Source of the DNA: a bacterium
GTDB taxonomy: Bacteria > Muiribacteriota > UBA6191
Direction of reading: 5' to 3'
NCBI GenBank assembly: GCA_036339875.1
Contig: JAYZAC010000188.1
Location: 1-30,488 of the forward strand
Length of the DNA stretch: 30,488 nt
The translations under genes and the position numbers were made by a program. Positions 17,963 to 27,635 of this stretch are shown here, piece after piece (position 1 is the stretch's first letter; every line of letters starts with the position of its first letter). The notes beneath the pieces were generated by a model that worked only from the letters and a program-made list of their open reading frames with translations, was not told the DNA's origin and ran no database searches.

Positions 17963-18048
17963 ATAATCCTCCAATGTATAGTGAAATAACCAGAATTAAG
18001 GTCTGTTTGTAAAGCTTTCTCGTATCACTAAGAGCATAAATATTTAAT

Positions 18049-18453
18049 ATGAATGACAATTTAAGTAGCAGATTAGAAAACTCCCATAGAGAATTACCAA
18101 AATATATACTAGTTTGCTCAGTAAGTTTTAGTAGTGATTATGCAACGCTGTATTGTTTAACGGAATTCCTCAACTGGCATTATTTATTAAGTGCTTTGAT
18201 AGGTTTTCTCATAGGCAATATTAGTAATTATTTTATTGCAACAAAAATGGTGTTTAAGCGTCGCAAACTGAACTCCAGATTCAGCGAGTCATTCATTTAT
18301 GTGGCAATCGGTTTTCTAGTACTACCAATTCATCACGGTGTCTTATGGTTTTGTACCGAAAACCTAGAAATTGTCTACTACATTTCTAAGTTCATAGCTT
18401 CCAGTGTTGTCTTTTTCGCTATTTTTGGTTTAAGAAAATTTTTTTTATTTTAG
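18049..18453 (+). CDS. GtrA-family membrane protein
   Basis: 134 aa, four hydrophobic segments, NY......VF motif and terminal RKFFLF. Confidence 0.8.
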   Translation: MNDNLSSRLENSHRELPKYILVCSVSFSSDYATLYCLTEFLNWHYLLSALIGFLIGNISNYFIATKMVFKRRKLNSRFSESFIYVAIGFLVLPIHHGVLWFCTENLEIVYYISKFIASSVVFFAIFGLRKFFLF

Positions 18454-18578
18454 ATTCAATGAACCATAGATGCCAATTATCAAAGACATTTGTGTTCTTT
18501 TGTCCTACTCCTCAAAAATGAAATAACTTTGAATTTACCGCATCTCAGTAATTAAAAATATACGTTCGAAGTAAAGAC

Positions 18579-19154
18579 ATGCTTTTACATGTTTTCTTCT
18601 GGAGTTTTAAATATTTTCACAATAGGGGACGAAACTTTTTACGTTCTACTTCTCCTTTATGCATGTATTCCGAATTCCCGAGAAGTTTTGTAGTTTCTAC
18701 TGTTTTAATTGGGCTATTTATCATTTTGGTGTGTCTTTTTGGACAAATTCTAAGTGCTATATTTTCACAAATTATTCATGAAAATTTAGGTTTCAGCGAT
18801 TCAAGCGTAATTTACTTTACAGCTTATATATTGACCAATATTCTGTTCCTAGTTCATTTAGGGCTATATTTCGGATACAAAGAGCGTGTTACTCTTGATG
18901 AAAACCTCTTACAAGTGAAGCAAGGCTTTTTTGGAATTCAGTGGCTCAAAGAGATTCCGCTGGAAAACATTTTTTTTCATCAATGTTGCCAAAGTAGCAT
19001 GGGGAATTATCACGTTGAGGTTTACTATCACGACAGAGTAGGCAGAACTCAAAAAGTGCAAATAGGTGCATATCTTGATGAGCCACATTTGGAGATGTTG
19101 ACGGATTCGTTTGACCGAATGTATTCAGACAAACTCATCGTGGGCACCGACTAG
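18579..19154 (+). CDS. Hypothetical membrane protein (2 TM plus soluble C-terminal domain)
   Basis: 191-aa ORF filling the gap with two hydrophobic helices; start uncertain. Confidence 0.6.
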   Translation: MLLHVFFWSFKYFHNRGRNFLRSTSPLCMYSEFPRSFVVSTVLIGLFIILVCLFGQILSAIFSQIIHENLGFSDSSVIYFTAYILTNILFLVHLGLYFGYKERVTLDENLLQVKQGFFGIQWLKEIPLENIFFHQCCQSSMGNYHVEVYYHDRVGRTQKVQIGAYLDEPHLEMLTDSFDRMYSDKLIVGTD

Positions 19155-19174
19155 TTCAAACGCAGCATGAGTTA

Positions 19175-19633
19175 CTAGTTTATAGACCTGCAAGCGTCTA
19201 CATTCGGATCCGGAAATTCAAATCTGTCGACACAGATATGAAGAGTTCCCTCTACAAATTGTGCATGTTGTAAGTCTTCAAATCCTACAGGTATATCGAA
19301 GAAATATTGAAATTGCTGTGATCGTTCATTACGCATTCTTCTCAGCAATCCATGATTTCTATTAGTGGAATTAACCGTATCATAGGACGAAGAAAATCTT
19401 ATTAACTTTCCGTAGACAGTGACTCTTCCCGGTATCAACTCAATTTCACAACTAGCTTCATCCAATCCCGGCATATCTAGCAATAGATGAATCCTATCTT
19501 CCTTGTAAATTTGATCAACATTAGGAACGAAAATTTTGTAATCACCGTCGCTCGAATCTCCGAATTCAGAAAAGCTATTCTCACTTGTATTTTTCTCATG
19601 ATCATCTAGATGTGAAAGATTTGAATTAGCCAT
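19175..19633 (-). CDS. Divergent Hsp20/alpha-crystallin-like protein
   Basis: P.VD....D...LLLDMPGL, F...F.IP, AQFVEGTLHI pattern; GGGGAGAGG RBS. Confidence 0.62.
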   Translation of the reverse strand: MANSNLSHLDDHEKNTSENSFSEFGDSSDGDYKIFVPNVDQIYKEDRIHLLLDMPGLDEASCEIELIPGRVTVYGKLIRFSSSYDTVNSTNRNHGLLRRMRNERSQQFQYFFDIPVGFEDLQHAQFVEGTLHICVDRFEFPDPNVDACRSIN

Positions 19634-19823
19634 AACCTCTCCCCAATCGCCTAAATAAACTCATTTCTTGGAAATATTACCTTTGACAGTGTTTATCTAA
19701 TGATTTAGTTAACATACTTTAACAAAAAAGGTAAGTTTTTTTCTACTTTTGTTAAAAAAAAATCATCAAATGACAAAAAAAGACTTATTTTTAGTTATTT
19801 GGACTACTTTTAATGCTTTTCTT

Positions 19824-20960
19824 TCATTTTGTATACGATGCATATTGACATAAAATCGCCAGACCTTGGCCACCGCCTACACAAAGGGTACTTAAACCGA
19901 GTGCTCTGGGCTTTGATAATTTTTTCAATCGTCCCAAGAGTGTCATCATTAAACGCAATCCACTAGCACCGAGAGGGTGACCTATGCTGATTGCTCCACC
20001 CCAGTTATTAATACGATCCAAAGGCAGATTTAATTCTTGCTGACAAGCCAAAACCTGCACCGCAAAAGCCTCATTGATTTCATATGCATCAATTTGCTGT
20101 GGCTTGAGCTTGTTACGCTTTAATATCTTTTCAACCGCGGGTACCGGTCCTAAACCCATTAATTCAGGAGCAACCTGACCCCAGCTACAATCTAAGATCT
20201 CTAAACCATCTAATCTGAGGTCCTTAGCGATTGTTTCATTAACTATGAAACCACTAGTTGCACCATCCGATAGCGGAGAGCTAGTTGCCGCGGTGACACA
20301 GCCATCTTCTCTAAAGGCAGGTTTGAGACTTGCCATTTTCTCCCTATTAACAGGTACACGAATACCCTCATCTCGAGCGACACCATCTAATTCTAAAACA
20401 TAATCTGAATAATATCCTCGAGAATAGGCTACATCTGCTAATTCATGAGATCGTGCAGCAAAATCCTCTTGTTCAAGTCTGCTTAGTGACGAAATTGTTG
20501 CTACTTCCTCAGCTGTTTCGCCCATATTCACATAAGCTTTTGGAGATCTTTCCCGAATTAATGAACTCTCTGAATAGGTAGCCCCTTTACGCTGAATTCT
20601 GGACATAGATTCGACACCAGAAACTAAAACAATATCAGCCTGGCTTAAACTTACTCTTGAACTTGCTATAGCTACAGCCTCCATTGATGAAGCACACAAT
20701 CTATTCACAGTTAATCCGGGTAATTTTAAACCGGATCCCAAAGCCACCATTCTAGCTATGTTGTAGCCTTGCTCACCTTCTGGATAAGCACAACCACAAA
20801 TATGATCATCGATTTTATAGTCGAATAGAGGCCGGTACTTAATTTTTTGATTTTCTAATAACCTAACCAATAAGTCGTCGGGACGAATTTCAGAAAGATA
20901 TCCCTTAAATGCTCTTCCAAAAGCTGTTCGCAAGGGTGCAACAAATAAAGATTTCCTCAT
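19824..20960 (-). CDS. Thiolase (acetyl-CoA C-acyltransferase, FadA/PcaF-like)
   Basis: NRLCASS, NEAFA, GHPLGASG and CVGGGQG catalytic motifs intact. Confidence 0.95.
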   Translation of the reverse strand: MRKSLFVAPLRTAFGRAFKGYLSEIRPDDLLVRLLENQKIKYRPLFDYKIDDHICGCAYPEGEQGYNIARMVALGSGLKLPGLTVNRLCASSMEAVAIASSRVSLSQADIVLVSGVESMSRIQRKGATYSESSLIRERSPKAYVNMGETAEEVATISSLSRLEQEDFAARSHELADVAYSRGYYSDYVLELDGVARDEGIRVPVNREKMASLKPAFREDGCVTAATSSPLSDGATSGFIVNETIAKDLRLDGLEILDCSWGQVAPELMGLGPVPAVEKILKRNKLKPQQIDAYEINEAFAVQVLACQQELNLPLDRINNWGGAISIGHPLGASGLRLMMTLLGRLKKLSKPRALGLSTLCVGGGQGLAILCQYASYTK

Positions 20961-20963
20961 AAT

Positions 20964-21584
20964 TTAACCCAAAGTATCACCCAACCGTAAATCATTGATA
21001 CTTACATTTGGTGCTCGATTCAAACAGTGGAACTTACCATTAGAAATTTTGAATACACCAAGATCAGTTACTACTATATCCACAACTGCATAGCCAGTCA
21101 GAGGAAGTTCACATTGCTTTTTTAACTTTAATTCACCAGCTTTTGAAAAATGTCGTTGCATTACGATCAAGGTTCTAGCTCCATTTACTAGATCCATAGC
21201 GCCGCCCATACCAGTAACTTTTTTACCCGGTATCATCCAATTTGCCAATGAACCATTACAATCAACTTCCATACCTCCAAGAACACAATAATCTATATGA
21301 CCGCCTCGAATCATTCCAAAACTTAATGAACTATCAAAATAGGAAGCTCCCTTGGCAACTGCAACAGTCTCTTTGCCGGCATTAATACGAGTGGGGCTTT
21401 TAGTCTCTTTCGTAGGTCTTCCACTAATACCCATCACCCCATTCTCAGAGTGGATAACCAGCGGAAAATCTGATGGAATCAGCTCGGCAATAACCGTAGG
21501 CATTCCTATACCAAGATTTACTGAGCAACCTGGTGTAAAAAACTTGATAACTTGCTCTGCCATTTCATACTTTGTCCAAGACAT
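20964..21584 (-). CDS. 3-oxoacid CoA-transferase subunit B
   Basis: VNLGIGMPT, HSENG (catalytic Glu), INAGKE, SFGMIRGGH, GMGGAMDLV. Confidence 0.95.
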   Translation of the reverse strand: MSWTKYEMAEQVIKFFTPGCSVNLGIGMPTVIAELIPSDFPLVIHSENGVMGISGRPTKETKSPTRINAGKETVAVAKGASYFDSSLSFGMIRGGHIDYCVLGGMEVDCNGSLANWMIPGKKVTGMGGAMDLVNGARTLIVMQRHFSKAGELKLKKQCELPLTGYAVVDIVVTDLGVFKISNGKFHCLNRAPNVSINDLRLGDTLG

Positions 21585-22294
21585 TAATTCTCTTCCTTTG
21601 CAAGTATCTCGAATTCTATATGATTCTGGTAATTTTCACCCTTGAAAATTCTTTGAACAAAGATACCAGGCAAATGTATATCTTCTGGAGGAATCGCTCC
21701 TAATGGAAGTAGTTCCTCTACTTCGACCACCGTGACTTTAGCGGCCATAGCCATCAGAGGTGAAAAATTCCGAGCGGTCTCCTTGAACCACAAATTACCG
21801 AAATGATCGCCTCTCTGAGCTTTGATTATTGCAAAATCAGCATGTAATGCATGTTCCAATATGCATGGTTTATCAAAAGTTTTTATTTCTTTACCCTCGG
21901 CGATGATAGTGCCATAACCGGTAGGGGTAAAAAATGCGCGTATTCCCATTCCAGCTGCTCTAATTCGCTCGGCAAAGGTACCTTGTGGAACAAGTTCAAC
22001 ATCAACCTCTCCAGACAAAATCTGCGATTCAAGGTCTGGGTTACCTCCAACATAGGAACAGTAAGCTTTACTGATCTGTTTTTTCTTCAGAAGTACAGCA
22101 AGACCACGTCCCGAATTACCAATATTATTGCTAATCACGGTGAGGTCTTTAACATCAGATTCATGCAATTGTGTAATACAGTTTTCGGCTATTCCGCATA
22201 ACCCAAAACCACCACTCATTATGCTCGCACCATTTTTTACATCATGAAGTGCTGCCTTGGCATTCAAATATATTTTTCCTTCACTAGGAATCAA
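21584..22294 (-). CDS. 3-oxoacid CoA-transferase subunit A
   Basis: GGFGLCG, ISNN, PQGTFAERIRAAG, FFTPTGYGT, TARNF.P.MA; 1-nt overlap with subunit B. Confidence 0.95.
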   Translation of the reverse strand: MIPSEGKIYLNAKAALHDVKNGASIMSGGFGLCGIAENCITQLHESDVKDLTVISNNIGNSGRGLAVLLKKKQISKAYCSYVGGNPDLESQILSGEVDVELVPQGTFAERIRAAGMGIRAFFTPTGYGTIIAEGKEIKTFDKPCILEHALHADFAIIKAQRGDHFGNLWFKETARNFSPLMAMAAKVTVVEVEELLPLGAIPPEDIHLPGIFVQRIFKGENYQNHIEFEILAKEEN

Positions 22295-22309
22295 ACTTCA
22301 CCACCTTAT

Positions 22310-23482
22310 TTAAGTTGCAAGAACCTCTTCAATTACTTCCATGAATTCTTCAAGCTGAGTCGTTTTAAGTATAAATGGTGGGGCCAGTATGAGCATACCT
22401 TGCTTCACGAAAACATAGGCTCCACAATCCCAAAAACTTCGCCAATCAAGCTCTAACTTATTTGTTTGAATCGCCGCTAGTAAACCATGACAGCGGATTT
22501 CTCTGACACAATCAAGCTTTGATAATTTATTGATCTGAGCAAGAAAGTCGCTTTCCAGTTGTCGTTTTTGACTACTGAAAGTCGATTTCTTTAATGTATC
22601 AATAACAGTACTCATGCATGCCAACCCTAAAGGATGTGCATAATTGGTTAGACCATTACTGAGTATTCTATTTTCATAAAAACTACATACCTCATTGTTT
22701 GTGTACAAGGCTCCAAAAGGAACATAACCTCCCGTGATACCTTTACTCATACAAACCATATCAGGCTTGATATCATATTTTTGAAACGCAAAAAAATCTT
22801 CACAGCGCCCAAATCCTACTAGAACCTCATCTAATATCATTAGAATCCCAGTTTCATCACAAAATCGACGCAGCTTTTTCCACCAGTGTATATCTGCTGA
22901 ATATACTCCGTTTGTTCCGCTAATCGTCTCTAAACATATCGCTGCAATATTGTCAGAGCCTTCTTCTTCTACGATTTGTCTTAATTTGACTAATTCAGGG
23001 TCATCCATCGGCTCCGGTATCCTGATTGTATAATCCTGTAAGCCGAAATGATTTTCACTACGCCAATCGCCAGTGATCGATAAAGCACCCAAGCTGGCTC
23101 CATGATAACTTTTTTTACGAGCCAAAATCTTCTTACCGGTACGCATTTGACGTGCAATTTTTAAAGCGTTTTCTACTGATTCAGCACCTGACAAAGTATA
23201 GAAAATCCGGCCTTCTAAATTTAATAATTCAAGGAGCTGTTCACTAGCTGCCTGCTTTAGGTAAAAATTTGCTTTAGGTGGAGCAATACTAAATTTCTCT
23301 AGCTGTTTCACTAAGTCTTGTTTTATAGGCTTGAAACTATGACCAAAATGCGCTTGGAAACTTGAACTTATACCATCAAAAATTTTTCTACCATTCTCTA
23401 TAAAAAAAGGACCTTGGGACTCGTCTAAGGAAAAGTTAGTAACCTCAGACTGAATACTCCAAGAATAGTAGAATGGCTTCAT
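22310..23482 (-). CDS. Class III (omega-type) PLP aminotransferase
   Basis: SGAESVENA, SYHG, LDEVLVGFGR, PDMVCMSKGITGGYVP (PLP lysine), GLTNYAHPL. Confidence 0.9.
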   Translation of the reverse strand: MKPFYYSWSIQSEVTNFSLDESQGPFFIENGRKIFDGISSSFQAHFGHSFKPIKQDLVKQLEKFSIAPPKANFYLKQAASEQLLELLNLEGRIFYTLSGAESVENALKIARQMRTGKKILARKKSYHGASLGALSITGDWRSENHFGLQDYTIRIPEPMDDPELVKLRQIVEEEGSDNIAAICLETISGTNGVYSADIHWWKKLRRFCDETGILMILDEVLVGFGRCEDFFAFQKYDIKPDMVCMSKGITGGYVPFGALYTNNEVCSFYENRILSNGLTNYAHPLGLACMSTVIDTLKKSTFSSQKRQLESDFLAQINKLSKLDCVREIRCHGLLAAIQTNKLELDWRSFWDCGAYVFVKQGMLILAPPFILKTTQLEEFMEVIEEVLAT

Positions 23483-24555
23483 TGTATTTCGAACTCTCCC
23501 GCCACTAGCTTAAACGAGTGTCTAACATAATTATCACTTTCACGACATCCTCTCCAAAAAACATAATCACCCTTGCCAAGTTCACCTACGGCACCTCCAC
23601 AAGTAAAGGATGGGTCTTGGCTACCGGACTCAAAATGACTACATATGGATCGTGGATATCCTTCATGGTCACAAAGTAAATCTTTCATATCTCTCAAATC
23701 TAAAACTTTATCTATTTTTTTATTCAAAAGAGCATAACGATCTCGAGTAGTTGAAGCATTTCCCACTTTAACCTCTAATTCTTGAACTTCCTCATCCAAA
23801 CAATGATTTGTATGAAAAAAGGAACCGGTAACCGCGTCAGCCTCCACCCTGCCAGTACATTTTGAAAGACTCGGTAATACCTCCCACATTTCAGCTTGGT
23901 GCTTATCTGCTACCAAATAACTGTGTGCTGATGTAACTTTAGCTGAACATAAATGCTCGCGCATAGCATCCTGATTAATTTGACTCAAGGTTGACCTTAC
24001 CAATGCAGGCCACAAAATCCCAGAGCGAGCATCGGTAGAGTTGAGGTTATTAACACCAACCATACGACCGGAGCTGTGGTAGCCCATCATCCCAACACAA
24101 CCAGCTAAGCTAAAAAGAAGCATCTCACCTGGTATATGAATCACACATACAAATCGCATTGCTGAAGAATGCATATCCCAAGTCTGGCCACACAATTGTA
24201 GCTCTTCGTTTCTAACGAAAACAGTGCTACAGCCTTGCTCACCAACCTTTATATCTCGAAAGTCAGTATAGTTATTTAGAATCACTAAATCCTCAATAGA
24301 TAAATTTGATCCTTGTCTAATACCCTCAAGTTCGGCACTTAATTTAGGATAGTATTTTAAGTTAATCTCCCATTGCTCGAGAGCTAAACGATTTAGATTT
24401 TCCCCTTGCAAGCCTGGGTTACGCTCTATCATTAAATTTTTACGAATAGCAGCTAGCTCTTTGATAGCACTTCGATAACTCTCGCCATGAACTTGTCCGT
24501 TCTCGTAGTCACTTTTTTCTTTAGAGTAAGTTATAATTGGAAAATTAAGATCCAT
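23479..24555 (-). CDS. Peptidase C45 / acyl-CoA:6-APA acyltransferase-family Ntn-hydrolase
   Basis: YENG..HG, G-C-S autoprocessing site (Cys at 24229-24231), GQTWD, HTNH. ATG 24555 follows GGAG and overlaps the upstream gene end. Confidence 0.82.
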   Translation of the reverse strand: MDLNFPIITYSKEKSDYENGQVHGESYRSAIKELAAIRKNLMIERNPGLQGENLNRLALEQWEINLKYYPKLSAELEGIRQGSNLSIEDLVILNNYTDFRDIKVGEQGCSTVFVRNEELQLCGQTWDMHSSAMRFVCVIHIPGEMLLFSLAGCVGMMGYHSSGRMVGVNNLNSTDARSGILWPALVRSTLSQINQDAMREHLCSAKVTSAHSYLVADKHQAEMWEVLPSLSKCTGRVEADAVTGSFFHTNHCLDEEVQELEVKVGNASTTRDRYALLNKKIDKVLDLRDMKDLLCDHEGYPRSICSHFESGSQDPSFTCGGAVGELGKGDYVFWRGCRESDNYVRHSFKLVAGEFEIQ

Positions 24556-27500
24556 ACAACTCCAAAAATTCACTAATGCTATCGTCGTCAGGAATTACTA
24601 AGTATCTACCATCACAAACCGTTGTGCTTAGCAAATTTGATAAATTTTGCTGCAAGGCACCATGAGCCCAACCAAATCCATTATGCAATTCGTATTTCAG
24701 TTCTGATTGGTGATCGAAAACCTCACATAAAATCGTATCAAATTGCTTACGACGCTTATGAATTTTTGCCTGATTTGTAATGTAATAATCAAGATATTTC
24801 GCATACAATTGTAAGGTATGTTCGTCTCCATCCCAGGTTGAAATCAGAGCCAATGGATCTTCCACAAAAAAGTCTTTATTAGCTAAAACCAAACCCATCT
24901 GAGCTCCAAGAAATAGAACACTAACATCTGCATCAAAAAGTGCACCAGCACTGAAAGTCTGCAAATCATAACGATGAAAAGCACTAGCACTATCATTGGA
25001 TATAATTGGTACCCCTCTTGCTTTACATAGAGCACTTGCTTCTTTGAGAAAATTCAAATCCATTCTTTGCATCGTTTTTTGCATAAGAGGTTCGATACAG
25101 AAACTTAGATAATCATTTTCTTTCAGTTTAGTTTTCAAAACTTCTAATGCTCTGTCATTTCCGACTCTATCAGGATGCGGCACATAATCCACGGGATAAA
25201 AGTCTTGACCTGGTAGAGCTAGAGAGCGCGACATGAAGGAACCATGCCCAAAATAGGTTCCCTCGACACAAATCACCCGTTGAATTTTCCGAAATTTCCA
25301 TATCGTTTTGATTGCTTTATCAAAGCTTTCTGATTGGCCACTAGCAGTAAAAAAATGCTGTTGATGTGCTGGAAACTGCTTTGCTATGCCTTCAAGCGCC
25401 TCTAGAAAAGGTTCAGATAAAAAGTTGGAAAGACACATCTTATTCACTACAAAACCTTGATTTTGACTACAAATATGATCAACTGTTGCAATCTTTCCCC
25501 ATGGTGCGTTTACTCCCATGGACAGATTTAAGGGAGCATGTTTCCATCGGAGCTGTGTCCTGTAGTATATGCAATCTCGATGCTGCTCTTCATCTTTATA
25601 ATCCTCAGCTAGATACTGAATGGGTAATCCCCCCACCGAAAAATTATGAGCTAACATATTACTTGCCAGTCGATCACGATTTCGACCCTCAATAGCTTCA
25701 TAACCAGCTACTAACCCTTGGATCAACTGTGAGTACTTAAGAAAGCTTCCAAGCTTGAAGCCCCGATAAGCTTCTCTCACTGTAATATCCGCAGAGTACA
25801 GAGTATTTTTCTTTGCATAGTTAGAAGAGGTACGAATACCCGGTACATTAGCAAAAGCTTCCATTGGGCAGCATACACTCAGACCTACCAATTGGTGACC
25901 ATCTAAAATTACTATCCCGAAACCATCATACTTATTAAAAGCTTCATCAAACTCACTCATTGGCGTCTGTCTAACTGGCTCATAAACTTCCTGTTGAAGA
26001 TCTAAAATCTGATCACGGTGCTGCGCATAGTTGTGACCATCGAGTAATTCAAATTTTAAGCCTTTTGATTCGGTCTTGGGAATTTTCTCAAATAACTTCG
26101 ATAGATAATCTTGCACATCTTCTTTAGTTATCTCTTTTTTTACCACTAGTTGTTTCATTTTCAGGTCACTGAACATCAAATGAAAATCTTTTGAAAATGA
26201 GTCATCCTCAGCAATGACGGGTAAATCTCTTCTATCCGCTGCGCCACCAAAAGCCTGATTCAAAGCCGCCCTCAATTGCTGGAATAATAATTTGAGATAG
26301 CGCTCATTAAAACTGGTATTTAAGCGAAATCTAGCAGTATGACTGCCTGCCGGATAGTACAACATGCCATGTTCAAAACGACAGGCAATAAACCGACCTA
26401 GAGCTTCTTTATCGTGGAAATCAAAAGAAAATGATAAACCTCTAGCTCGCGGTGAATGAAGATGATCTTTGAAGTCTTCAACAACTTTGTTCAAATAATT
26501 TCTCACAATTTTCTCTAGGTCGAAAATCTGGTCTTTTAATTGATCAACCATCCATCCTTGTAAGCATCCTCTAATAAAGCTATGTACTGCGTAAGATTCA
26601 TCAAATGGAATTTTTGAGTGCGAGAGAACCATTCCTACCTGTGATTTTTTAGCGCAAACTACAAAATCTGGATGGATGCTATTACCAAATGAATCCTTAA
26701 GTTCGAATAACTGATACCAAAAAAAGTCGCCACCCAGACCAAAACCGGTTTGCACTTCATCATAAATAAGAGGTACCTGGAAAGTTCGTGCCATGTTAGC
26801 CAGAGCATTGTGAAATCTCTTACTAGAATATCGATCACCACCCTCGCACTGAATTGGCTCCACCAAGATTGCAAAAATTTCACCACTCAATAATTGATCT
26901 CTAATTTCTATTAAAACTGACTTTTCCTTGGCAAATAAACCGTGGTGAATTCCATCTTTGACCTCAAGTTCATCGAGCCTCTCTAAAAAATCAGAACGCG
27001 AAGCTGAAGCAAATACATCGATCCAAGATTCCGGTATACCCGGATCAGTCTCAAGATCCCCTTTCATCTCTGGATAACTCACAAATGAAGATGTAAAATC
27101 AGGCCACTCATACTGTTCGCGCTTAGCCGGATTCCACGTAGAAGCTAAAGCTAACAATAAGCGTCCATGAAAAGAACCCTCGAAAGCTAGTACTTTTTTG
27201 GCCTCAGGATTCTTGCGAGTTCGATAGCATTCACCAAGAGCAATCTCATTACTCTCTGAACCAGAATTGCAAAGGAAAAGATGTAACTCGGGCCAAACTA
27301 GTTTACGTTGTAGAAATCTCTTAAATTCCCTCCTTAGATTTCGAATATTTTCTGTGTCGAAACGATTTGTCCAAGTTTCTAAATGATGCACGGTGCCAAA
27401 CAGAGGTCTTGCTGAAAAACCAAGAGCTAATGTGGCTATTTGTGAAGATACATCTAAAATTAGATGATCTGATTCTGTAGCAATGAAGGGACCGAATGAA

Positions 27501-27622
27501 TTTTGCAATTGAGTCAGATAAGGTTTTTTCTCGGCGGGTATGAGTCCTTTATCATATCGCTTTTGAAGCTTGCCAATCGATTGATCGGCTGCATTTCCAT
27601 CTACCATTTTCATAGCACACAT
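24545..27622 (-). CDS. Fusion: lysine-epsilon-aminotransferase-like class III domain + GNAT + lysine-less class III domain
   Basis: N-domain NSGSE, SFHGR, EPIQCEGGD, DEVQTG, AKKSQVG; middle GNAT V.EAYRGFKLG; C-domain SGQSES, IEPL, STWDGD with no PLP lysine; AGGAAGGA RBS. Confidence 0.85.
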   Translation of the reverse strand: MCAMKMVDGNAADQSIGKLQKRYDKGLIPAEKKPYLTQLQNSFGPFIATESDHLILDVSSQIATLALGFSARPLFGTVHHLETWTNRFDTENIRNLRREFKRFLQRKLVWPELHLFLCNSGSESNEIALGECYRTRKNPEAKKVLAFEGSFHGRLLLALASTWNPAKREQYEWPDFTSSFVSYPEMKGDLETDPGIPESWIDVFASASRSDFLERLDELEVKDGIHHGLFAKEKSVLIEIRDQLLSGEIFAILVEPIQCEGGDRYSSKRFHNALANMARTFQVPLIYDEVQTGFGLGGDFFWYQLFELKDSFGNSIHPDFVVCAKKSQVGMVLSHSKIPFDESYAVHSFIRGCLQGWMVDQLKDQIFDLEKIVRNYLNKVVEDFKDHLHSPRARGLSFSFDFHDKEALGRFIACRFEHGMLYYPAGSHTARFRLNTSFNERYLKLLFQQLRAALNQAFGGAADRRDLPVIAEDDSFSKDFHLMFSDLKMKQLVVKKEITKEDVQDYLSKLFEKIPKTESKGLKFELLDGHNYAQHRDQILDLQQEVYEPVRQTPMSEFDEAFNKYDGFGIVILDGHQLVGLSVCCPMEAFANVPGIRTSSNYAKKNTLYSADITVREAYRGFKLGSFLKYSQLIQGLVAGYEAIEGRNRDRLASNMLAHNFSVGGLPIQYLAEDYKDEEQHRDCIYYRTQLRWKHAPLNLSMGVNAPWGKIATVDHICSQNQGFVVNKMCLSNFLSEPFLEALEGIAKQFPAHQQHFFTASGQSESFDKAIKTIWKFRKIQRVICVEGTYFGHGSFMSRSLALPGQDFYPVDYVPHPDRVGNDRALEVLKTKLKENDYLSFCIEPLMQKTMQRMDLNFLKEASALCKARGVPIISNDSASAFHRYDLQTFSAGALFDADVSVLFLGAQMGLVLANKDFFVEDPLALISTWDGDEHTLQLYAKYLDYYITNQAKIHKRRKQFDTILCEVFDHQSELKYELHNGFGWAHGALQQNLSNLLSTTVCDGRYLVIPDDDSISEFLELYGS

Positions 27623-27635
27623 CGCAATTCCTTCC

